Positions 1 to 10,823 of a stretch of 64,000 nt of DNA are shown here, one piece after another. Source of the DNA: Syncephalis fuscata S228 (taxonomy: Eukaryota; Fungi; Zoopagomycota); assembly GCA_025786725.1 (NCBI GenBank), contig JAHLTZ010000035.1, forward strand, positions 124,001 to 188,000, written 5' to 3'. A program made the position numbers and the translations under genes. Each line of letters starts with the position of its first letter. Position 1 is the first letter of the stretch. The notes under the pieces were generated by a model. That model saw nothing but the letters and a program-made list of their open reading frames with translations, made no database searches and was not told where the DNA came from.

Positions 1-2528
1 TTGATCTTACCGGTCAGAATCGTTCATTTTATCAAATTCATCAATAAGACAAACGCCTTTATCGGCAAGTACAAGTGCACCGCCTTCCAGTGTCCATTCA
101 CGGGTTACTGGATCTTTACGTACGGAGGCGGTCAAGCCCACTGCTGATGCACCTTGACCAGTGGTAAATACAGCACGATGTGCTACCTTTTCAATATACT
201 TTAAGAATTGAGACTTGGCCGTACCCGGATCACCAAGCATTAACATATTAATATCGCCACGTAGACGATGTTTCCCTTGAATATCCTTGGGACAGCCACC
301 GAATAAGGCAAGGGCAATACCTGTTTTAATATCTCGATGGCCGTAAATGGATGGTGCAATACTTTTAATGATCTATTAATTACAGGTTAGTTATTGTATT
401 TGGTATATTGTATTATCTTAACACTTACACGTTGGCCAACACGTTCATCGCGTGCCAATTCACGAATAGCTCGTTCATCCTCTTCGGTTAATCGATAGCT
501 GGAATAACGATCGGCCTTTTTATTAATATGATTTGCCTCGATAACCGTTGAGAATACAGGGAATCCATGCTGTGTATTAAGTGAGGCATCGTAATTATTA
601 CGATAGATACCCGTCACTTCCTATCAATTAAATATATTTAGTATTATTAATAACTGTAAATATCTACTATTAATGCCTTACAATTTCTTCTCCTGGTTTG
701 GCCGTATCAACTAGATCCCATAGCAAAATTACTTCTCTGTGTCGTGGTAAACGACCAGGTGGCACCATAGATGGACTTTCTTGAAGGGTTAGTTTTTGAT
801 AATTGCGATAGACCGTCTAATTAATGGTTAATAAAACACTTTGTAAATATAGACTTGGTAGTTACCTGTTCCGAGACAACTTCAAATGGACCACGTGATT
901 GACAAGAAGCACATCGCTGTATACGAATTTCTGTATGGGCATCCTGACTAAATGGACCCATAATCATGCCACATTTAACACAGTTGAATTTAACGTACTT
1001 CAACTGAGGAAATACACCAGTACGACGAGTAACTACACCGGTAACTCGTACAAGACAATTGATATGGTTACGACTGTATAGATACAAATAAGCTATTGAT
1101 GTTAGTGATTATAACGATCTACTTACCGTAAATCTCTTAGACTAACCATGGCAGGTAGATCTGTAATACGAACATGAACCTCAGGATGAATATCATCATA
1201 GTGTTGCCACATAAGTTTGACTACATCATGGGCAACCGTATCAAATATAGCCAACATTTCGGTAGGCGCATTGGCTAGGAAATATGCTAGAATACTCTTT
1301 GATTCTGCCAAATGCGTATAACTAACTTCAAGACTTTCAAGATTCTCTAATTATCATATCGTATATTATTTAGATAGTGTTACATAGTAGCAATGCCACT
1401 TACGTTCACCCAATCGTTTAATACGGGCACCGTAAACGGATGTACCACGTTCATCGACAAATGTCTTTAAAAATTGGCTGAATTCATTGGCAATTGTCTT
1501 TCGTGGACCACTCATGGTAACCCATTCGGCAATATTTCTTGCTTTAACATCCTGTAATGCTTCAACAGGGAATACCTATTGATATAGATTTGTTAATAGC
1601 GGCTATGGTTATTCACTATTAAACAGTATTGTGTATACCTACATCCATTTCTTCTTCTGGCATCATAGCCATTGGATCTATATCATTACGCATAACACGG
1701 CGTTGACGTGTCACAACCGGTAGATCTAATGGTTCATCTAATAGCATAGATTATATCAATATATGCTATATTTATGTTCACTATATTCGTAATAGCTTAC
1801 CATCCATGATAAATGCTGCCGGAACACGGCCATCTATACGACGTTGTTCAGCATCACGTCGACTCATAATGGCCTCTGCAGCATGTCGATCGGACACATC
1901 CATTGTATCGTAGTCTTGTGTATCAAGTTCGTCAATGTCATAGTCGTCAAGACGAGCATTTTGACGATAGTCACTAGTTATTTAATAGCGTTATTAATAT
2001 TATATTCCCAATTACTCATATTCAATTATAAATACATACGATTCCATGCCTGGACCAAATAGATCCTCTCCTTCATCTTCTTCGTCTAAATCATCAAGGA
2101 TATCATCGTCTTGAACACGATTCTCCTCTTCGGCCGCATCATCATCATTAAAGAACGACGAAGCAGGCGAGGATGGACTGCCAGGCGAACCAGGTGGCGA
2201 CGAAAATAGATCAGGTTCTCCTGATACAGGACGGCGAGTTGATGCCGCATTATTACGATTACTGCCACCACCACTGCCGATAGTTAAATGGTCCTCGTCG
2301 TCGTCGCGACCACCAAGATAATCGCGTTGTCTTTTCCTATCAGCCTATAAGTTATTTAATAAATCAGTTGTAAATAATATTGAATAAATTAATATACAGC
2401 TCATAACTGCATCATATATGCGATCCTTTAATAGCTAGACTTTTAAATGCTAACACTATTATTTGGTCTAGTTATATTGGATCGCGTTCCATATTTTATA
2501 TATTTAAAAGTTTTTTTTAACTTACCAT
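1..2528 (-). CDS. MCM2: DNA replication licensing factor MCM2 (multi-exon; 3' part runs off the window start)
   Basis: Exons encode the MCM Walker A (GDPGTAKSQ), the MCM box (CLIDEFDKM), the zinc finger (CVKC...CASC) and an acidic MCM2-type N-terminus ([10 protein letters not shown]). ATG at 2528-2526 is followed directly by a GTAAG intron; exon 2 starts at 2344. Confidence 0.96.
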
Positions 2529-2833
2529 AGCTATTTATTACCGCGACAATCCTTTTAAATCAGTTCAAATAGTCCTCAAACTAGGCTGTAAGCGTTTTTT
2601 TACAGGCGAATAGAGCGTCGAGCAAACGAGCAGGACAGAATATGGACTGAAAAAAGAGGTGACAATTTGTGGCGGAGTATTGTGCGCTAGTCTATTTGAA
2701 AATATTTTTTATCAATTTGAATTAAAGAATAGATCGATATAATTCAACTTGGCTGTGACGACCTGTGAATGTTTTGGTTCTACAGTCTTGCATTCGCCTT
2801 TCTCGTTCATTTTTATATCTTTAGTATTCAATC

Positions 2834-3863
2834 ATGTCAGAACGAAAAGTACTAAACAAGGTAGGTAAGCTTGTAAGATGATGTAACAGTAGGTTCTAAT
2901 GGTGTGGCATGATAGTACTATCCACCGGATTTCGATCCTTCCAAAATCCCTAGACTTCGTCGTCCAAAGGAAACACAGCATAAGGTGCGCTTGATGGCAC
3001 CGTTCAGTATGCGATGCACAACATGCGCCGATTACATTGCTAAAGGAAAGAAGTTCAACGCGCGTAAAGAGACGGTTGAAGGCGAGGACTATTTAGGTAT
3101 TAAGATATTTCGCTTTTACATCCGTTGTCCTCGTTGTTCAGTTGAAATTACCTTTAAGACTGATCCTGAGAATTCCGACTATACATGCGAACAAGGTGCA
3201 CTGCGTAACTTTGAACCATGGCGTGAAGAGAAGATTCTTGGTGTTGAAGCACAAAAAGACACAGAAGCTGAGGCAAAGCTGGATCCAATGCGGGCCTTGG
3301 AACGGCGTACAGAAGAAAGTAAACGAGAAATGGAAATTTTAGATGCATTAGATGAAATCCGGATACGTAATGCTCGTAATGAACGTGTTGATCAATCAGC
3401 TGTACTTGATCATGCATTGGGTGAAGATCCAGAGGACATAGCTCGTCGTGAAGAGGAGGAACTTGATCGATTGGCCCGAGAAGCATTCGCTTTACCAGAT
3501 ATGACAAATGATACAACGAGCAAAAATGATTCTAAAAAGAAAACGGGTAAAAAGCGTAATAATGAAACAGTCGATGTAGTAAAGACGGCCGCTCAATCAC
3601 TTGGTGTATCGCTAAGTGGTACATTAACTGGAATGGCCACGAAGCGAGCTCGTACAGAAGATACAACTGCGCGTATTAACAGTGCCATTCGACCAATATC
3701 AAATGCTAAATCATCCAAAAATGAATTAGGCATTGTACGAAAAGCAGCTCCAGCATCTAAAGTACAAGTAGCAGCTAAAAAAGTAACAGAGACTACACCG
3801 ACAAATGGTCTAGCTGGTCTTATGGGCGATTATGGTAGTAGCAGTGATAATGACGACGAGTAA
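2834..3863 (+). CDS. YJU2: Splicing factor YJU2/CWC16 (CCDC94 family)
   Basis: MSERKVLNK, then intron 2861-2915, then YYPPDFDP...[11 protein letters not shown]...KFNARKE...[14 protein letters not shown]. Divergent from MCM2 across about 300 bp. Confidence 0.95.
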
Positions 3864-4192
3864 ATAAATAATATGTATTGGCATTATGATTAGTTAAAGT
3901 ATTAATAAATAAATAAACAAATAATTAATTAATTAAATACTAAATACGATATAATAGATTAATCATATTGTGTTGATTAAATTACGTAAATCATTATAAA
4001 TGGTTTATTGGTAAATATCATATTTATTAAAAATTAAATAAAATATAAAAGCTATTTAACATTAAAGATAAGAACAAGTGTAAATATACTATTAATAAAC
4101 TTTGAAATCATTAGTTATTAATGGATTTAGATAAAATACCATGCTTTATTATATTCAATAAAATAACGGTAAAAAGTTAGAAGAAATTAAGC

Positions 4193-7071
4193 TTAAGCAT
4201 GCTTGTTCAACCAGGCGGCAACTTCGCTCTTGGCACGTTTCAAGTAGGCCGCATTAGTATTGATTAATTCAAGACTTTGCTTAACGGCACGTTCGATGTT
4301 GCGATGTTCACGTGCATCAAAGAAGGCCTTGATTTCGATGGCATCCTTTTCAGAGGCGAATTGTGCACATGAGCTTTTAACAATCGACATAAGAATTGAC
4401 GGCGAGCCACGGTAGCGTTCGGCCAGCACATTGTAATTAGACTCGACAAATGTCCAGAATTGTCGGCGAGCCGATAGATTGACGGCTAACGAGCGGTAAA
4501 CATAGATGACATCCTGAGGACGGATATCTTCCTTGGATAGCGTCATCTTAAGTGCACGCTCGATGGTGGCGGCATTTGAGGCGCAGCCAAGTGCTACAAG
4601 AGCCATTAGCTTTTGATCGGCCACCTTTGATTCGCGGTAAAGCTTAAGTACAGCCTCAAAATCGGCCTCTGTACCTGTCTTTACGACAATACCAAATATT
4701 GATCCACGAAGATCTGGGTGCAATACCGACTCATCACCAGCAATATATTGATTAAATCGCTTATGTGCTTCGTCAATAACACTAATAATAATAATAATAA
4801 TAATAATAATTGGTAATGAGTATATAAATATGGCAATTATTATATATAACTTACCCTTGATGACCTGTATTACCTGCACGGCTAATGGCCAATGTACGTA
4901 ATTGAGAAAGTAAAAAGCTTTCCCCTTCTTTATATTCCCAGCCAAGTCGTTCAACTTGTTTGCTAAATAGACGAGCAGTTAAGCGATCAAGCGCGGCGCG
5001 TTCTTCAGCTGGTTGTTCAAACCAAATTGAAGATATGTCACTCAAACGCGTGCTTACTTCACGCCACACCAAGTATTCTTCTTCGTTCTCAAAGCTTTCA
5101 AGTAATGCTAGTACATCAGCTGTACTACCAGCACCACTGGCAGCCAATGCACCAGCATCTGATAGAATGCTAATACGATCGGTTGTTTCGGTCATTGCAC
5201 CGCCACGAATAGCTGCGGCCAATTTTGCAAGATGCTCCTTTGGATAGTGTACACGATATACACCTGTTTGACGTTGATTTAACTTGTAGAACTTTTCATG
5301 TTCGGGCTTAGCAAATGTAGCCTCACGAGTGGTAAGTACAAGTGCATCCTTGCTCTCTGGATTGACTTTGCCCGCCTCAGTCGCTAGCGCCAATGGCACC
5401 CACCAGAGATGTTTATCATCTTCAGTAGTTGCATCTCCACTTGATAAGAATCGGTTCTGAGTTACAGAGAATGTCTTATCGTCAACATCCTTTACAGTAA
5501 CAACTGGATGTCCAATATAGCGAGTCCACAGTGTCATAAACTTGCTAATGTCAAGCTGTGACTCCTCGGACAATGCAGACCATAGATCATCGGTACTAGC
5601 ATTGCCAAAGGCATGCTTTTTCAAATAGCGACGAATACCAGCCAAGAATACATCACGGCCCATGTAATTGCTCAACATACGAATCACACTGCCACCCTTA
5701 TTGTAGCTGATGGCATCGAAGATCTGTGGAATTTCGGCTGCATCACGTACTTCAACTTCAATTGGATGCGAAGAGCGTAGTGAGTCGAGATTCAATCCAT
5801 TATGAACAACATCTACTACAAACTGGCTCCATACTTCCCATTCAGGGAATAAATGGTCAACAGCAAGCCATCCAACCCAGGTGGCAAATCCTTCATTAAG
5901 CCATAGATGAGACCACCATTCCATGGTAACTAGATTGCCAAACCATTGATGGGCAAGTTCATGGGCAACAACACTGGCTACGTTCATCTTGCCACGTGCC
6001 GAACTAGACTTCTTATTCCATAATAAAAGAACATTACGGAATGTGACAAGGCCCCAGTTCTCCATGGCACCAGCCTCAAAGTCAGGTACGGCAATCAAAT
6101 CCATCTTTGGCAATGGATACGGTTGGCCAAAGATTTCAGCAAAATATTCAAGGATTTTTGTAGTAATGCTTAATGCAAACTCGCCTTCTTCTTTTTTGCC
6201 AGGTGGTGTATAGACACGGCAAAGAATTGGCTTGCCGTTCTTTTCACCAGAACTTTGTGCTTCGATGTACTCGAATTCACCAACTGCATAGGCAAGTAAA
6301 TAGGTTGACATAAGCGGCGTAGTGGCAAATACAACCGATTTAAGCGGCTTTCCTTCAACGTCGGTTGTTGAGACGACATTCATGTTTGAAAGTGCCGTCA
6401 ATTCCTTGGGTACATTAAGTGTGACGTCAAAGGTTGCCTTAATGGCTGGCTCATCCCAGCAAGGAAGTGATTTACGGGCATCGGTGGACTCAAATTGCGT
6501 AACTGCCATAAATTTCTTTTCACCTGCAGCATTTTCATATGAACTACGATAAAATCCACTCATTTGATCGTTCAGTGTGCCGGTAAACTCAATCGATAGA
6601 GTACCAGTTGAACCGACTGGCAATGCCTCGGGGAAGGTCAGTGTTAATGTTTGCTTGGCCGCATCAAGCTTGAATTCCGTAGTAGCCAGATCTTGCTCTG
6701 TCTTGCCGACAACGTTGATCAAACGTGCCGATTGAACTTCAAGCTCATTGGCGTTAAGTACGATCACATTTGTTTGCTCTTTAACCTCGATGCTATTAAT
6801 AATAGATGAATTAGTGCCAAATATCAATAAACACAGTTAATACTCACTTAATATTGACATGACCACTAAAGGTAAAATTGACAAGGTCTGGCGTTAATGT
6901 AAGGGCATAGTGCGATGGACGCACAGCAGTGGGTAGAACTTCACGGTCCGACATTGTCGCAGATCTTTTGTGATAGAATAGCCATGACGTGAATATCGGA
7001 TAAATGATAGCGCCCAAGCCAACAAGTGCAGCAATAAACAGGAAAAAACCACGTGTAGATTGCGTTGCCAT
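4193..7071 (-). CDS. M1 family zinc aminopeptidase (Ape2/puromycin-sensitive type) with ERAP1-like C-terminus
   Basis: GAMENWG and HELAH-x18-E (WLNEGFA) motifs. Three exons: 7071-6848, 6792-4855, 4781-4193. Second in-frame ATG at 6954. Confidence 0.95.
4783..4811. repeat. (TAA)n microsatellite inside aminopeptidase intron 2
   Basis: Run of taa repeats seen directly. Confidence 0.85.
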
Positions 7072-7623
7072 TATAAAGGCACAACAAAGAAAAATAGTAA
7101 ATATCAACAATAGATACAAAAGATCAAGATAGTCGATGGTGGTGTATAAAAGAGTAGAGGAATAGCATAGGTTAGTTAACACGTTGGGCACTTTACTACT
7201 TAGGCAAGCGCCCTACAATCACTGGAGTAGCCTACCTTCAACCAAATGGGTGAACGAATACAATGAGTAAGAGTAGGCGGACAAGTGAGTAGTGAGCTAG
7301 CGAGTAAGAAAGTAGAAAAGAAACAAGGCGGTACGTAGTGAGATAGAGATAGCGATGGAGAGAGAAAGAAGGTTTTATATTAGCGTACTGACGAGAAAGT
7401 AGGCCTATTTGTATTCATAAGTGATGACGTAGCAACTTGTTCACGTGGAGCAGAAATCAACGCTCACCAATGATTGACCATTGTATTTATACTTTATTTA
7501 TTTTAAGTAATAATCCATTAGTTCATCTTTTAAAATGTGTGATATACTATAATTTATTTTAAATTTATTATTGCTATTGTAGTGCCAATTTATTAGTAAT
7601 TATTTAATAAGTTTAAGAAGTTA

Positions 7624-8371
7624 CTGTACTTTGACCGCCACATTTTATTTACTCATTTTACCATCTTTTTCTATTGCTATCTTATTGTTTTATCGTCTTT
7701 TTGGATATTCTATTCAGTAATATATTATACGAAAATGCCGAATATAACGATATAAATAACACGCGTATTTAAACATCAATAAAAAACATTATTCAATTTC
7801 TAGTTTTTATTTCTCTTATTTACACTAACACCTGTTCAAGTAACCTCAACGGCATGCCATATATTCTGGTTACAACTGTCACTACAAGATCTTCCTGGTG
7901 AAGACACTCAACCTACCATTATTGCATATGGTGGAGATCATTTGATTCATCAATGGTTGGCAAATAAACTACGCCTACCAAGTTGATGCCAAGAATGCTT
8001 AAGAGAATGGTGAACATCAGAAACGCTAGTCGTCCTACCTTTTTGTCATTATAGACAAGTATCTTACATTACAAATATGCCCAAAATGCAATAGTAGAGT
8101 ATTGGAAAATAGAAGAGATTATTTAGATGCAATAATCCACACTGTACGTAGTAACAACAATAACAACTGCGAAACGATATGGAATCGCGATCAATGGTTC
8201 TATTAATATTCTATCAAACTTTCTCACATGGTCAACAACAACAATGATCGGCCTCGTGAATCTCAAAGTAGTTAAATGAACGTTATAACTATGTTTGTTG
8301 TACATAACAGCATAAATTTAATTGGAACGAATTTTGCTTTGAGGACTCCAAATGTAAGAGTCAAAGTACAG
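7624..8371 (+). mobile_element. Non-autonomous TIR element (Tc1/mariner-like ends) carrying an internally deleted, frameshifted Fanzor1/TnpB-like ORF (copy A)
   Basis: Left TIR ctgtactttgaccgccacattt (7624-7645, preceded by TA) matches the reverse complement of 8350-8371 at 18/22. The internal sequence translates across frameshifts as TIIAYG..SFDSSMVGK*TTPTK...FVIIDKYLTLQICPKC...NCETIWNRD.M.SINI...HM...RP, i.e. the Fanzor RuvC/zinc-ribbon C-terminus. Confidence 0.8.
8284..8371 (+). ncRNA. Candidate Fanzor omegaRNA scaffold (copy A)
   Basis: Non-coding segment between the Fanzor stop and the right TIR end. Colinear with 10279-10201 (about 55/80 identities, hand count). Contains a GACTC-n9-GAGTC hairpin. 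Expression is not shown. Confidence 0.5.
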
Positions 8372-8382
8372 TTCAACCAAGT

Positions 8383-9970
8383 TTAATTCAATTCAGGTAC
8401 AAAACTTGTAACAAATGTTCCATTTTCATTCACTAATAGCATGTGACCAAATGTAAACTCAAAATGTTGTACCCTTGCTATTGGAAATGAATAAACATTT
8501 ACGTTACCTGTTACAACATCAATAACACAATAACAATTAGTGTTGTGACTATATCCAACAACCTTTGTATCGATAAAACGCTGAAAATAACGCAATCCAT
8601 TGGTCAAGGGTTTTAAATAAATGTGATGCAAAATCTCTTTGTTTAATAACGAAACAACAACTAACGATGGGTAATCGAACGGATAAAACACAATCAAATC
8701 ATGTTCTGAAATTAAAATCAATCTTTCAAAGTATTCTATTGGACAGCTGCACTCAAAAATGACTCATTTGCTTAAAGAAATTACTCGGATGCAGCGCTGT
8801 CGATTATATGTGTTTTCACTTGATGTTTCATTGATTAAAGAATGTTACAATGAACTAAAATACGATCGTTGTCAAGTGAATAAAATTTTGAAATCAAATA
8901 TGCCGGAAGATTGGAAATGTTAATATGATCTGAGGCAATTGTAGTCACCTGCGTCGTATCATCGTCAATTATCTTCAAATTTATATTAGGCGTCAATAGC
9001 ATGCGGACTATTTCATAGTTGAGTTTGTACTCGCTATAGTAATACCGTATTATAATTGTGTCTTTATCGTTTGTTGTATGTATTCTGCTGCTATTGAAGT
9101 TGGTATTTGGGAAGTTAATAAATTGAGATTCATAAGATTGCGTTGTTTAGCCAATGTTATAAACTGATCGAGTATAGTGAGTGGGTTGTAAATCGTGGTT
9201 GAATTAATGGATTGTGGACTGAAAAACAGCAAAAATGTACCTGTAATTCCACCGTCCCAGAAACCATCAGCATCAATTGAGTTTAACAGTTGGCAGCTAT
9301 GTTCATTCCATATTTGAAGTACATCAAATGACCTTTAATATATTTCAAGCGTAAATTACACGCATGCTTTCAGCAATGTTATCTACTTGTTGTCTGTATT
9401 GATAAAATTGGATACTTTTTATCATATTAAAACGGTGTTTATCCAAACTTAACGAATGACTTTTATTGTATTCTTGGTTGAAAGTTTAATCAAATCAACA
9501 AGGGGGTGGTCACAATCAGCTACTGCAATCCAGCCAAGATAGCTTGCAACAATTCCGTTTTCCCAAATATCTATTTCTCCTAATTTATCTACTATAGCGG
9601 AAGTTGGACAGATTATCGATGTTGACTTGTTATTTTGCCAATTTATGCCCAAGTTGATACGCTGACTATATAGTTGAAACCAAGTCAATTTTGATGTAGT
9701 TTTATTTTCCATATCAGCTGCTATTCTGTTATTCTTGATTTTGTGTTAACTGCCATTTAACCAGTCAACATTGGTATTAATATTACGAGGAAAACGTTGT
9801 TGATACAATATCTTCCAAAATCCGTCATATTTGATAATATAATTATACAACAATTTACAAGTGCGTGCCAAAGCAATAGTCTCAGGTATTTCACTAAATT
9901 GCGCTATATAATGAACTATCTCAACAACTACAAATATATTTGGCAGCGTATTGTTATTCTGTGTCGACAT
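8383..9970 (-). pseudogene. F-box-like protein gene, fragmented by several frameshifts (pseudogene or assembly errors); paralog of 28218-29995
   Basis: N-terminus LPNIFVVVEIVHYIAQF...LARTCK...FWKILYQQRFP and C-terminus FGHMLL...SFVP match the paralog. Split over at least four ORF pieces. Confidence 0.7.
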
Positions 9971-10200
9971 GATAGAAATAAAATTGAACAAACAAAGCAT
10001 CCACCTATAACAAAAGGAGCTTTGAAACTAAATAGAATTAAGTACTGAGCTGCAGACAAAACACGTCTATGCAAAACATTTCTGCGTCTACAATTACTTC
10101 ATTTATGAAACAGCTAAATTTATAACACATGCTAATTTAATTATTACAATAATATATTTAAAAAACTGTTTCGTCATTCCATTCCACTAATAATCATTTA

Positions 10201-10566
10201 TGAATTCCACATTTTGAGTCACCAAAGTAAAATTTACTACAATCAAAGTCATGTCATTATTATACACAACATAGCTATATTGCTTCCTATCAAAACATTG
10301 TTAATAAATTGTCTTAAATAAATAATGAAACATATTATTTAATTTTTTTTGAAATATTTGAGGTCGATCATTATTGTTGTTGCTGGCCATGTGTAAAAAG
10401 ATTGATCGAATATTAATAAAGGCCATATGATTACAATTCCACGTTGTTCCACATTTGTTATTATTGCATCTACATATAGCATGGATTATTGCATCTGAAT
10501 GGCCTCCTCTATTTTCTAATATTCTACTATTGCATTCTGGGCATATTTGTGATGTAAGATTAAGAT
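10201..10566 (-). mobile_element. Fanzor1/TnpB-like relic (copy B): C-terminal zinc ribbon/RuvC-III fragment plus conserved 3' non-coding end
   Basis: LTSQICPECNSRILENRG...IIHAICRCNNNKCGTTWNCNHMAFINIRSIFLHMA..DRP is colinear with copy A. The 3' segment 10279-10201 aligns to 8284-8363 and includes aaaatgtgg of the TIR consensus. Confidence 0.75.
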
Positions 10567-10823
10567 TAATATAACTATTATAAATGTCGTTTATCAAACA
10601 GTCACTTTTCCTATAGCCAATTTGACTAAATAAATAACATTTTGAACAATTAATATTATATATGACAACATATATATATTAAAGCAATAATAAAAAACAA
10701 TTGATATTTATTAAATTATTAAATTATTGGTTATTTTATGTATAAATAAAAAAGTTAATGGATTACATAATCGTTTCCTATAGCAAATTCGTTAATATAT
10801 AATAATAAAATAAAACAATTGTT

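Noticed and set aside
2526-2528. ATG-only first coding exons in MCM2 and eIF3i
   Set aside because: Start-codon-adjacent introns are common in fungal housekeeping genes.
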